Part shown: one piece after another, positions 23,861 through 42,900 of the stretch
Position numbering within the stretch: the first letter of the stretch is position 1
Layout: each line of letters opens with the position of its first letter
DNA from: Macrostomum lignano
Taxonomy: Eukaryota
Assembly: GCA_002269645.1 (NCBI GenBank)
Contig: NIVC01003521.1
Location: 1-64,000, forward strand
Direction: 5' to 3'
DNA length: 64,000 nt
Position numbers and translations under genes: made by a program
Notes under the pieces: model-generated
What the model saw: the letters and a program-made list of their open reading frames with translations, nothing else
Told to the model about the DNA's origin: nothing
Databases searched by the model: none

Positions 23861-24852
23861 CGAGGGGTGTCCAAAAAGTAGTGATACTTTTAACCGTAGC
23901 TCTCGTTCTATAGCTTCCTGTGATTTAAAATTTTATGAACTGATAGCGGAAAATCTCTTCTACAGACTGCTTTTTGGATTTTTAAAATTGATACCAGAGA
24001 ACAAAAGTTATACCTACAAAAGTAACAGTACCTGTACCATAGAGTTACACAAATTATAGGCTGAGCTTCACGAGATCCATGCCGAGTAAGCTTCGATGAA
24101 TTGTTGATTTCGGCTTGTCCAACCTGTCAGCGATCTCTCTAATGGTCATTCGGGAGTCCTTGTCAAGAAGATTCAGAATGGAGTCCGCCAGTACATCAGG
24201 TCGATGAACGTATGGCCGCCCCGTCCAATGCTGATCTGCCAAGTCAATCCTTCCCTCGCTGAACTGCTCCATCCATCGATAAACTGTCATTTTGCTGACC
24301 GCAGAGGATCCATGCGCAGAGCGAAGTTTTGCGTGAATTTCTGAGGCACCATGGCCAGCGCCCCAAAGAGTGAAGATAGTACTTTGCTGAGCAACAACTG
24401 AGTGCACATTCATGTGTGTTGTCGAGTATGAGCAATGAAATCATGAACGAATCGCAAAATGCAAGCTCCTCTGTTTGCAAGTAAAGTAATGCATTTAATG
24501 CTTTATTTTTCTGCGCCTGATCCTGTCCATAGATAAATTTCAGTCAGTCACAGTGAGCATCATTTTGCAATTGGGGTTTGGTATTGCTTAAACAAGACAT
24601 TTATCGACGCCTTCTTAATGAATGAGTGCAGAAGTCAACTATTATAAATTTCGATATAATTTGTGTAACTCTATGGTACAGGTACTGTTACTTTCGTGGG
24701 TATAACTTTAGTTCTCTAGTATCAATTTTAAAAATTCAAAAAGCAGTCTGTAGAAGAGCTTTTCCGCTATCAGTTCATAAAATTTTAAATCACAGGAAGC
24801 TACAGAACGAGAGCTACGGTTAAAAGTATCACTACTTTTTGGACGCCCCTCG
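23861..24852 (-). mobile_element. Internally deleted mariner (Tc1/mariner) transposon with 198-bp TIRs and TA target duplication
   Basis: TA|cgagggg...cccctcg|TA. TIRs at 23861-24058 and 24655-24852. Contains only the N-terminal HTH part of the transposase. Confidence 0.93.
24054..24413 (-). pseudogene. Truncated mariner transposase (DNA-binding HTH only)
   Basis: ASEIHAKLRSAHG..AVSKMTVYRWMEQFSEGR..L.D....GRP...RMTIREIADRL..KSTIHR. The ORF ends at the TIR junction; no DD34D domain. Confidence 0.88.
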
Positions 24853-26789
24853 TAATCGTATAATAATAATAAAAAGAAAAATCTCAATATAAAAATGTTA
24901 CTTTGATAATTTAAATTAAGAAAAAGCATTTTCCATAGGCTTAACAGGTAATTGTTATACCGATTTTGAATATAAAAAATCATTTTCTTGACCACTTGTT
25001 TTTATCATAATATTTTCTATTTTTATGGCAAAACTGATTCCAAAAAATCTTAAATAGGCCAAATTAGGTATTTGAATAAAAATTGTATATTGAATAATTA
25101 TGCCATGATATATAAAAAATATTTCACCAATCACAATAAAAAAGTAACAACTATATGCCTAGAATCTAGATTATGGCTTAAGTTCAAGTGTATTTCATTA
25201 TTCAATTTTAGAATAAGATTAAGCTAAGTTTTCTATCAACTAAAACTGACAATAGCAGAATTAAAACCCATTTTACACAATTAACAATATTAGGCCTAAC
25301 ACTAACAGTGTGTTGGTGCCAAAAATTATACTTTGCAAAAATATACAATATAGGTATAATATACTAGAGCTTACCAAGCAAGAACATTAAAATAATTATT
25401 TTATAGGCTAATAGTTAGTGGCCTAACTTATTTGTATAAAATTTGCTTGTTTAATTTAGATGCATTTTAGATTGCTTGTTATTAATATTGATAGCCCCTA
25501 TCAATTTGTTGAAAAAAGTAAAATTTCAAAACTTCATATAAAGTGCTTAATTTTTCAAAACCATGCTGATTTAGTGATTATCTGTAAATTGTTTGTAAAA
25601 TAGGTCATTTAGCACCAATGTATCAGTAGACTGTCAATGGACTCAATGAATAATGGTGAATGTGACTTCTGTGATTTGGATTCTTGTGACGAACTCAACT
25701 AGCCTAGGCCTACTCAACTCAGGTTTTTTAGTGAGTGACGTTGACGTATCCGTGCGCTTTCTAAATTTATATTCTCTGATTAAGATCTCGATATTTATTT
25801 TTGAATTAAAAAGCTTGGTAACTGCAGTTAGAGTTAACCAAGATAAAAAAATTTAGGTTGCAACTATTTTTGATCAATCGTTTTAGGGACGATTATAAAA
25901 CGTAGTGACGTTTTGTTGATTGCGCTTTAAACGTGTTAGTTCAAGTTTTCTAATTTCAAAGAAATACGAGTAACACAACTCTGAATCAATCAACTAATCT
26001 ATTTTGTCAATCAATAAAACAGGGCTGCTGCTATTAGACATTTGTGAAGAGGGTAACGATCAACATAGAAAATATTTCATACCTAAAGACATTTTTATTC
26101 TATTACAATTTAAACATTTTTTTAAAAAAAAATTTATTTGTATTTATGCAATGCAATACAATAACTTCATAGCAGAGCTATGGCTATGTGAACAAGATTA
26201 CTTCTTAATCTGTCTATCTGCCATGATATATTATAAGTACTGATTTACTTGTTGGAAACATGGGTATAAAAGAATACTTTAGAAACAACAATATGTACTT
26301 ATTCCACTGGATCATAGTCTATAATGAGCATATAAATCATTTTTGTCAATAATATTTTATGTATAGTAGACCCAAAAGCATATAAAATGTGTTTATAGTG
26401 CCAAGGAATTGTGTACTTTTCACTTTTTGTAGCCTCACTCCTAAATAAATTAACTTAAGCCAAATACCATGTGCTAAAAAATAAATTTAAGTTATAAAAA
26501 TGTTGTTAGCACTGAAAATAAATATCAAAACAATAAAGTAAAGGTAATGGTTGAGATAACTTAATGAATCAAAGTGTTCAAAAAGAAGATTAAGGCCATT
26601 CAAAGATGAATATATATAATCCATTTACTCCAACTTATTGTTTGTATTTTGCACCAATTTTGTATTTTGAACCTATATCATGATTAGGCCTAGTTTTTTT
26701 AAATACTAGGCCTACTTGTTCAAAGTGGGTCAAACTATACCTTAATATTTGAAATCTTGCTTGCCACCATTTTTTCAGAATCAAGTATC

Positions 26790-32252
<5,463 letters not shown>

Positions 32253-32854
32253 GGAAGGAACCTTTTGCTGAGGAAAAAGTTTTTTCACTTTTGTTAAACA
32301 ATTCATATCCACCTCTGGAAGACTGGATCTTGCGCCAGGATCTACAGATTTTTTTGTTCTAAAACTTTTGTTTATTTAATTTTATTTTCCGTTGAATATC
32401 AAACGTTTTAGTTGCAAGATTTTTTGCATACTACTTAGTTGATTTTTTGAGTATTTTATTTGCGAATTATTGCTCATAAAAAGTGATTTCATTTAATATT
32501 ATTTAGAATTTAGAACCTGTATTTAGAACGCGTTTTATTCAGTCTATCATACTAGTTATCTCAATGATTTTTCAATATCGATTCCATATTCTAAGAGGAT
32601 TTTTAATAGCTCAAATGCTTCTCTTTTTGTAAATCTTTTTTTTTTCAATTCAAGTGATTAAAATGCAAAAAAATTACGCAATACACTGTAAGTTGTGAAG
32701 CCAATTTGCAAACATTAATTTAAATTTGTTTTGCGAAATCACATTTTATTCAACCATTAAGACAGAAGTAAATATTCTGGGGATATCACAGATATGTAAT
32801 AAATCTATTGCATTACTTTGCATAGTATCTGTGGGCAGAATAAGCTTAGCTAAT

Positions 32855-33510
32855 AATCTCATCGAATCTATTCTTCTCAGCTCGTCTTGATCTCAGCTCG
32901 TCTAATCTTGGCTTGTCTAATCTCAGCTTTTGTAATCTCAGCTCATCTAATCTCTGCTTCTTATATCTAATCTCAATTCGTCAAATCTCAACTCATCCAA
33001 TCTCAGCTCAACTAATCTCAGCGCATCTAATCTCAGCTCGCCTAATCTCTGTTCAACTAATCTCAACTCGTCTAATCTCAGCTAATCTAATCTCAGCTTG
33101 TCTAATCGCAGCTCATCTAATTTCGGCTTGTCTAATCCCAGCTCATCTAATCTCAGCTTGTCTAATCCCAGCTCATCTAATCTCAGCTTGTCTATCTCAG
33201 CTCATCTGATCTCGGCTTGTCTAATCCCAGCTCATCTAATCTCGGCTTGTCTAATCCCAGCTCATCTAATCTCGGCTTGTCTAATCTCAGCTCATCTAAT
33301 CTCGGCTTGTCTAATATCAGCTCGTCTAATCTGGGTTTGTCTAATCTCAGCTCATCTAATCTTAGCTCGTCTGATCTCAGCTCATCTAATCTCGGGTTTT
33401 ATAACCTCAGCTCATCTAATCTTAGCTCGTCTGATCTCAGCTCATCTAATCTCGGGTTTTATAATCTTAGCTCATGTAATCTCGGTTTATCTAATCTTAA
33501 TAATCTCAGA
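32855..33510. repeat. 15-nt degenerate minisatellite, intergenic
   Basis: ctaatctcagctcat / ctaatctcggcttgt alternation. Confidence 0.93.
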
Positions 33511-33826
33511 TTGTTTTTTGAAAACCGCCTTTATAGCGCTTTTTAATTAAGAACTAAGAATTAAAATAAACGCACAACCTAAATGCATACGCAAGATGCA
33601 TGCTATCTTTATTCAGCGAACTTCCTCATTACCATAGACAGTAGCTGGAACTCCAATCTTTCTAGCCGCGTGAGGGCTGCCAACTGCTGCCCACTAACTG
33701 GGGGGATTTGCTATTGCAGACAGACACTAATTAAATAAGAAATGCTTCCGCTGTCTCCCGAAATGTGAGACAATTGGTTGCTGAATTTAATAAAGAACTA
33801 GGTACCAATCAATCAGGACAGCAGCC

Positions 33827-36800
33827 ATGCAAGTCAACCAGATGGACAGCCAGTTAAAGACGCCCAAAGTCCGCAGCAACGAGCCCTGCTGCGCGGCCGT
33901 TCGCAGTTCCAACTTGCCGAAGAACGAAGACGGCAGTCTCAAGATGAAAGCGTTTTACAGCTACCTGCCCAGCGGCAAATACCGGGACGAGATGCTGAAG
34001 TACTCCGACTTGTCTGTGCTGTTCGGCAAGCTCAAGTACAACGCGTTCTTTAATCGATTTGCTGAGGATCGCCTGCTGCGAGGCGCGCACGACGGGGACT
34101 CGCGGCTGCGCTTCTCTCAGGCTAGGTACGCGCGTGAATTGCTCTCATGTGGCGGCAATTCCGAGGAAAATCCGCGGGAATGCCGCGGCTGCCTTTAGCT
34201 TTTGGCCTTCTTAGCCAGAATCTTGGCTGGGACATAAAAGAAAAGAAGAGAGAAGAAACGGAAACCGCGGTAGATATTTGGGGGGGGGGTCAAGAGAGTG
34301 AGGAGGGACAGGCCGGTAGAGAGATGCGGGGGAGGAGGGTGAGAAGGGAGGAGGGGCAGAGGCCGGTAGAGAGATGCGGGGGGAGTGTGAGAAGGGAGGA
34401 GGGGCAGAGAGGCCGGTAGAGAGATGCTGGGAGAGAGGACAGGGGAAGAGGGACAGAGGCCGGAAGCTAATGCAATCTAATATTAATATTATATTTTTGC
34501 GTGCGAACTGCGCAGGCTAAAGATAGTCTGGGGCCCGGACACCAAGGAGGACGAGCTGAATGCCTACCGCATCATGGTGCTGCTCATGCTAGTCCGCTAC
34601 TCGTTGATGCGCCACGACAGCTGCGAGGATCTGCCAGCGCCAGCCTACGTCATCACGGATATCCACGGGCAGTTCAGCGACCTGCTGGAATGGCTGTACA
34701 GGATTGGCGGGCCGGAGCACTGCGACACTAACTTGGTCTGCTGCGGTGAGTAGCTGGGAACTATGGCTATCTGATGCAAACGGTACCTAAGCCAAGAAGC
34801 GTCTCAGAGTCACATGCGTCATCCCAGAGTCACATGCGTCATCCCAGAGTCACATGCGTCATCCCAGAGTCACATGCGTCATCCCAGAGTCACATGCGTC
34901 ATCCCAGAGTCACATGCGTCATCCCAGAGTCACATGCGTCATCCCAGAGTCACATGCGTCATCCCAGAGTCACATGCGTCATCCCAGAGTCACATGCGTC
35001 ATCCCAGAGTCACATGCGTCATCCCAGAGTCGTTTCAGAGTCGTTTCAGGTAGCATGGATGAAGTAGGAAAGAAGTGACATGACTCTAGACGATTCTTAA
35101 ACAACGAGATGTCACGGTACAAGTCGCCTAAAAGTCGCCAAATAGTCGCCTAAAAGTCTATTTGAAGCATTTTTATCGTCCACGACTCTGGGGCGTTGCA
35201 TAAAACGACTTTAGCTCTTGGAAGATTTTTCGAGCGTGATGCGCTCGTGACTTAACTGTTGTTTGCGTTGCATTTCAGTCGTTAAAGTTGTTAAAAAGTC
35301 ACAAGAATCGCCCAAGAGTCGATGGAGTCACTTGTGAGCTGCCTGAAGTGACTCTTTATAGCGATTCTTGTTAACTTTTTCAACGGGTTGGCTAGTTTTA
35401 CCGTAGATTGAACCCGAAAGTCAGTGACATTGAGCAGGAGAGTCAGTGATATTGAGCAGGAGAGTCAGTGACATTGAGCAGGAGAGTCAGTGATATTGAG
35501 CAGGAGAGTCAGTGATATTGAGCAGGAGAGTCAGTGACATTGAGCAGGAGAGTCAGTGACATTGGGCAGGAGAGTCAGTGACATTGGGCAGGAGAGGCAG
35601 TGACATTGAGCAGGAGAGTCAGTGACATTGGGGCATTGGGCAGGAGAGTCAGTGACATTGAGCAGGAGAGTCAGTGACATTGGGGCATTGGGCAGGAGAG
35701 TCAGTGACATTGAGTAGGAGAGTCAGTGACATTGAGCAGGAGAGTCAGTGACATTGAGCAGGAGAGTCAGTGACATTGAGCAGGAGAGTCAGTGATATTG
35801 AGCAGGAGAGTCAGTGATATTGAGCAGGAGAGTCAGTGACATTGAGCAGGAGAGTCAGTGACATTGGGCAGGAGAGTCAGTGACATTGGGCAGGAGAGGC
35901 AGTGACATTGAGCAGGAGAGTCAGTGACATTGGGGCATTGGGCAGGAGAGTCAGTGACATTGAGCAGGAGAGTCAGTGACATTGGGGCATTGGGCAGGAG
36001 AGTCAGTGACATTGAGTAGGAGAGTCAGTGACATTGAGCAGGAGAGTCAGTGACATTGAGCAGGAGAGTCAGTGACATTGAGCAGGAGAGTCAGTGACAT
36101 TGAGCAGGAGAGTCAGTGACATTGAGCAGGAGAGTCAGTGACATTGAGCAGGAGAGTCAGTGACAGACATTGAGCAGGAGAGTCAGTGACATTGAGCAGG
36201 AGAGGCAGTGACATTGCGCATGAGTCAGTGGGATAATTCCGTAGAAGCAGCGGTGGGATTTCTTCACTCCGCTCTCATCGCCGACGCCCGCAGGCGACAT
36301 GGTGGACAGGGGGCCGCAGCAGCTGGAGACGGTGTGCCTGTTCCTCTACTATAAGCTGCGCTATCCCTCCCGCGTGTTCATCCTGCGCGGCAACCACGAG
36401 GACTTTGAACTGCACGAGACCTACGGGTTCTACGCTGAGATTGAGGAGCGATTCCACGGTGGGTGTTCTTTGGAAAGCCAGATCCCAGATCCCGAATGGG
36501 AAATCTCAGATCAGTAAGATCCCAGATCCCGAATGGGAAATCTCAGACCAGCAAGATCCCAAATCCCGAATTGGAAATCTCAGACAAGAAGATCCCAGAT
36601 CCCGAATAGGAACCTCAGGTCACTTTAAGATCTCAGATCCCCAAGCAGAGATCCTCTTAATCCTTTTTAAGATTGTATACTACTCCAATATAAGAAATTT
36701 CTAATTACAGGAGTCGTATATACCTATGCGTAAGATATCCCCTAGATCAGCACTAGACAGTACAATTATGAAACACTGAAAATGATTTCTTAGAATCTTA

Positions 36801-38134
36801 TTCAAAAAGCCGCTTGAATACCGCAGAGAATGCCGTCAACGCGGGCCACCGTCGCCTGGCGCACGGGCTTTGGCGCATGTTCATCCACGTGTTCGACTAC
36901 CTGCCCGTGGCCTGCGTGCTCGAGCAGCGGATTCTCTGCCTGCACGGCGGCCTCAGCCCCGCCCTGTCAGCCTGCCGCACCTGCCAGCGCCAATGCGAGC
37001 GCTGCCCGCTGGGCACCGTCTGTCAGCGGCACAAGGCCCAGCTGGCGCCTGGGGCGCTGACCTCCTATCTCAACTGGAAGGTGAAAATCCCCCCTGCCAA
37101 GTGCTAGGTCAGTCTAGCAATCCAGTGATATTTGAGCTCAGTCTAGCAAACCAGTGATATTTGAGCTCAGTCTAGCAATCCAGTGATGTTTGAGCTCAGT
37201 CTAGCAATCCAGTGATATTTGAGCTCAGTCTAGCAATCCAGTGATATTTGAGCTCAGTCTAGCAAACCAGTGATATTTGAGCTCAGTCTAGCAATCCAGT
37301 GGTGTTTGAGCTCAGTCTAGCAATCCAGTGATATTTGAGCTCAGTCTAGCAATCCAGTGGTGTTTGAGCTCAGTCTAGCAATCCTTGGGGTCCATGGCCC
37401 AGTCCAAAACTCAAGTGGTCCCTGCAGCCCAGTCCAAAACTCAAGTGATCCCTGCAGCCCAGTCCAAAACTCAAGCGGTCCCTGCAGCCCAGTCCAAAAC
37501 TCAAGTGGTCCCTGCAGCCCAGTCCAAAACTCAAGTGGTCCCTGCAGCCCAGTCCAAAACTCAAGTGGTCCCTGCAGCCCAGTCCAAAACTCAAGTGGTC
37601 CCTGCCGCCCAGTCCAAAACTCAAGTGGTTCCTGCAGCCCAGTCCAGCAACGTCACCCTGCCGGATCTGCAGGTGCGCCGGCCAGTCCAAGTCGGCTCCT
37701 CCGGATTCGTGTCGAGCAGCCGAGAGACGCAGCGCTCCCTAAGCCTGCTGAACCACTCCGCCTACGATTTCGTGCTGTCCGACCTGCTCTGGTCCGACCC
37801 GATGCACCACGGCATGCCCTACATGAGCCCGAACGACGCCAACTGGACGTCCCTCCGAGGCTGGCACTTCAACTCGGAGCGCCAGATTGCGTACACGTTC
37901 GGCTTCGACGCCATCGAGAAGACCATGCAGCAGTTCAACTTGGCCTGCCTGATCCGCGGCCACGAGACCAAGCCGGCCGGCTACGAGTGGCACTACCTCA
38001 AGCGTTGCGTCACCGTCTTTAGCGCGCCTAATTACACCGGCGGCAACGCTGCCACGGTTGCCTTGGTTACCGAACGATGCAACGGCATCCGTAAGAGGAA
38101 TCTCCGCATCGACCTGGTCATGTTTCCCACCTGA
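33827..38134 (+). CDS. Divergent PPP-family Ser/Thr protein phosphatase (PP1-like), 5 exons
   Basis: Exons 33827-34125, 34516-34745, 36294-36458, 36827-37080, 37673-38134, all GT-AG and in frame. Motifs: [43 protein letters not shown]. Confidence 0.92.
34803..35045. repeat. 20-nt minisatellite, phosphatase intron 2
   Basis: Unit cagagtcacatgcgtcatcc, about 11 perfect copies. Confidence 0.97.
35420..36225. repeat. 22-nt minisatellite, phosphatase intron 2
   Basis: Unit ttgagcaggagagtcagtgaca. Confidence 0.97.
36478..36650. repeat. Degenerate repeat of about 37 nt, phosphatase intron 3
   Basis: agatcccagatcccgaatgggaaatctcaga variants. Confidence 0.8.
37108..37645. repeat. Two abutting minisatellites (29-nt and 30-nt) filling phosphatase intron 4
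   Basis: 37108-37383 gagctcagtctagcaatccagtgatattt; 37397-37645 cagcccagtccaaaactcaagtggtccctg. Confidence 0.95.
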
Positions 38135-39095
38135 ACCGTTTGACTGTGAAGTCACACGTGACTCGATTTTTTCTCGACAGGAAATAAAAAAACTACTTTT
38201 TTTCTACAAATTTTTAGTTCAATACACAGCCACACGAGAGACTGGAGGGAGTTTCCTTTTCTCTATTTAGTCAAGATGGCGCTGCTGTCGTTGTTTCGCG
38301 TTAATCTCAATCAATTTTGGGTGGTAAAATTACCTAAACAGAGCTACTAATACTGAAAGAAGTAATATTTTAAGCGAATAGAATAATTGGGACGGGTCGG
38401 GCTCAATGAAATTCGAAGCTAATGGGCACCACGTCACAACGTGTACACACTCTGGTACGTATAAATGCAAGATACTCATTTGTACGACAGGCAGGACCGC
38501 ACGCACAGCTATTCAGAAACATAAAAATGCGCATTTCGTGTTCTTCCTCCTCCTCTCTCTAGACTAGACTAGACCTGGGCTAGACTAAATTCTGAATGGC
38601 AAATTATATGGCCTTAAACTCGAAGCAGAAGAGACTACCCCCCCCCCCAAATTTGTTTTTCTGAGTCAGTTCTTTCGTCTGTCATGCTCTTCAATCTACC
38701 GAAATATTTAGCCACCTTATGAGGTTTAAAATATGCGTTAGTTTTTCAGTAATTCCAACAGTCATCGAGGACGTACAGTCGGCCTACTAAACGCTTTAAC
38801 CTTCATAGGGAAAATAACGACGGGGAAATTGTTTTCAGTATACCTTGTTTGATATTTTTCTGACACTAATTGTCGAAAGTGTGCTCTCTGTCTAGTTTAA
38901 CGTCTAGTGAAGAACCAATCCTTGGACAGCTGAAGCAGAGGGACGCTACACACTCGGTTTTAATAGAAGTGAGCTGTAGGCCTATAAAAAATCTGCTTTC
39001 TCCAGAGCACACTAAATGCACTGGCGAAGCGACAAATATGCGATTCTTACCGGCCTCCAGCTCATTGCTAAGAAAGCCGAGTGGTAGCGTCCTTC

Positions 39096-39446
39096 GGGAC
39101 GCTTTCATAAGACCTAAATTTCACAACGCCTAAAACCACCACACTTCACATCGCCTAAATTTCATATCGCGTAAATTTCACAACGCCTAAAATCTTTGCT
39201 TCTCTCCTTCACATTCAGTTTTAGGTGTTGTGAAATTTAGGCGATATGAAGTTTAGGCGATATGAAAGAGCATGCAGATTTTTAGGCGTTGTGAAATTTA
39301 GGCGATATGAAGTTTAGGCGATATGAAAGAGCATGCAGATTTTTAGGCGTTGTGAAATTTAGGCGATATGAAATTTAGGCGATATGAAGTAGGATGCATT
39401 TTCAGTTTTAGGCGTTATGAAATTTAGGTCTTATGAAGCGCCCCCC
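39096..39446. mobile_element. Non-autonomous foldback/MITE DNA transposon with 8-bp TSD
   Basis: TIRs ggg..cgctt(t)cataagacctaaatttca(c/t)aacgcctaaaac with internal repeats of the same motif. TSD cgtccttc at 39088-39095 and 39447-39454. Confidence 0.85.
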
Positions 39447-39992
39447 CGTCCTTCTACTGCAGTTGCCCATGTTAGGAGGACCTCTCAGCACCCCTGTGTT
39501 TCTCTGCAAGCAAGCAAAGCAAAGCAAAAGCAAAGCAAAAGAGCCGCCGTAGAGCCAGCAGGGGTTGGTTGAAGCGAGAGAAAACTGACTGCAGCTCGGA
39601 GAGGAGAGGAGAGAGCGGGGAGGCTGGCTGGGGCCCGAGCGGGGGCTCGGCAGGGCAGGCCTGAGCAGGGAGAGCTGAGCAGTCAAGCTGACAATGGAGC
39701 TCGGGGGTTGGGGTGGGGCTCGACTCCAAAGGCTAGGAGAGAAGAGATTGAGAGGAGGAGCCAACCATTGGTGAGCGCATTTCTTCATTTCTTCGTCGTT
39801 GTTCGAAATTCTAAATAGCTGAGAAGGCGGGCTAGGTGGTAGATCGAGTCCAAACGCTTGCTTGGCGGTTATTAATCAGAACAGAGAGCTGAAAATTTGA
39901 GTCCTTCTGGAGAGTGGACAGTTTTTAGCAGAGTAAAACAGAGCAGAGCTTTGTGGAAAGACTTTGCGTTTGTTTAACAAACTGACGGCGAT

Positions 39993-42900
39993 ATGGTGAG
40001 CATCTGGGTTTTTGCCATTCGGATTTTCATCTGTTTTCGTCTTGGATAAACAGATCAAACACAGTCACGGTCAGAGCAGACAGCACACCACTGACAGATC
40101 AAACACAGTCACGGTCAGAGCAGACAGCACACCACTGACAGATCAAACACAGTCACGGTCAGAGCAGACAACACACCACTGACTGACAGATCAAACACAG
40201 TTCACGGTCAGAGCAGACAGCACACCACTGACAGATCAAACACAGTCACGGTCAGAGCAGACAACACACCACTGACAGATCAAACACAGTCACGGTCAGA
40301 GCAGACAACACACCACTGACTGACAGATCAAACACAGTTCACGGTCAGAGCAGACAACACACCACTGACTGACAGATCAAACACAGTTCACGGTCAGAGC
40401 AGACAACACACCACTGACTGACAGATCAAACACAGTTCACGGTCAGAGCAGACGGCACACCACTGACAGATCAAACACAGCCACGGTCAGAGCAGACAAC
40501 ACACCACTGACTGACAGATCAAACACAGTCACGGTCAGAGCAGACAGCACACCACTGACAGATCAAACACAGTCACGGTCAGAGCAGACAGCACACCACT
40601 GACAGATCAAACACAGTTCACGGTCAGAGCAGACAACACACCACTGACTGACAGATCAAACACAGTTCACGGTCAGAGCAGACGGCACACCACTGACAGA
40701 TCAAACACAGCTCACGGTCAGAGCAGACAGCACACCACTGACAGATCAAACACAGTCACGGTCAAAGCAGACAGCACACCACTGACAGATCAAACACAGC
40801 TCACGGTCAGAGCAGACAGCACACCACTGACTGACAGATCAAACACAGTTCACGGTCAGAGCAGACGGCACACCACTGACTGACAGATCAAACGCAGCTC
40901 ACGGTCAGAGCAGACGGCACACCACTGACAGATCAAAAGCCAGTAACATTTACGCTCAAATTTCACTGGCATAACATGCCGATCCGCAATACTTTGGCAC
41001 GCAGGAGCCAGGCATGGACTTTCATCAGGCGTTTCAGGCCATCGACACCGACCACTCCGGTGAGATCTCGGTCGAGGAGCTGGAAGAGTAAGTTGCTGGG
41101 GATTTTTCAGCTAGCATGCAGGACTGTGAGAGCATGAGTAAAGACAGAATGAATGTAACAGTCGAATCGCTCACAAATTTGGCATTTCAAGCTACTGCAA
41201 GAAGATGAACTACAAAGACACGTTCGTGAAAAAGTGGCTGAACCTGTTCGACGAGGACGAGAGCGGCACAATCACCTACGACGAGTACTGCAACACCCTT
41301 GGGCTAATTCCCAAACAGGAGGTCGTTGAGAAGCACAAGGTGCAGCAAACCAAGGTGAGGCTGGCTAATTTGATGCTCTGCAACAAAACTACATAGAACT
41401 TTTCAAATTTTCTAATTTCGAAGGTTTTTGTTGACGATTGTTGGGAAAATAATCTTTGTCTAATAACAACAAACCAACAAAATTCGTGTGCAGCAAGCCA
41501 ATTTGAAATGAAATAGGAAATTGTAATTAAATTAACACAGTTTGTTATTGAATGAAACCTAATTGCATGCAAGTCCACCAAATTGCAATCGAGTCAAACC
41601 AAATTGCAATCGAGTCAAACCAAATTGCAATCTAGTCAAACCAAATTGCAATCGAGTCAAACCGAATTGCAATCGAATCAAACCAAATTACAATCGAATC
41701 AAACCAAATTGCAATCTAGTCAAACCAAATTACAATCGAAGCAAACCGAATTGCAATCGAATCAAACGAAATTGCAATTGAATCAAACCAAATTACAATC
41801 GAATCAAACCAAATTGCAATCGAATCAAACCAAATTACAATCGAAGCAAACCAAATTGCAATCGAATCAAACCAAATTGCAATCTAGTCAAACCAAAATA
41901 CAATCGAAGCAAACCGAATTGCAATCGAATCAAACCAAATTACAATCGAATCAAACCAAATTGCAATCGAATCAAACCAAATTACAATCGAATCAAACCA
42001 AATTGCAATCGAGTCAAACCAAATTGCAATTGAATCAAACCAAATTACAATCGAATCAAACCAAATTGCAATCGAATCAAACCAAATTACAATCGAATCA
42101 AACCAAATTGCAATCTAGTCAAACCAAATTACAATCGAAGCAAACCGAATTGCAATCGAATCAAACGAAATTGCAATCGAATCAAACCAAATTGCAATCG
42201 AGTCAAACCAAATTACAATCGAATCAAACCAAATTGCAATCTAGTCAAACCAAATTACAATCGAAGCAAACCAAATTGCAATCGAATCAAACGAAATTAC
42301 AATCGAATCAAACCAAATTACAATCGAATCAAACCAAATTACAATCGAATCAAACCAAATTGCAATCGAGTCAAACCAAATTGCAATTGAATCAAACCAA
42401 ATTACAATCGAATCAAACCAAATTGCAATCGAATCAAACCAAATTACAATCGAAGCAAACCAAATTACAATCGAATCAAACCAAATTGCAATCTAGTCAA
42501 ACCAAAATACAATCGAAGCAAACCGAATTGCAATCGAATCAAACCAAATTACAATCGAATCAAACCAAATTGCAATCGAATCAAACCAAATTACAATCGA
42601 ATCAAACCAAATTGCAATCGAGTCAAACCAAATTGCAATTGAATCAAACCAAATTACAATCGAATCAAACCAAATTGCAATCGAATCAAACCAAATTACA
42701 ATCGAATCAAACCAAATTGCAATCTAGTCAAACCAAATTACAATCGAAGCAAACCGAATTGCAATCGAATCAAACGAAATTGCAATCGAATCAAACCAAA
42801 TTGCAATCGAGTCAAACCAAATTACAATCGAATCAAACCAAATTGCAATCTAGTCAAACCAAATTACAATCGAAGCAAACCGAATTACAAGCGAGTCAAA

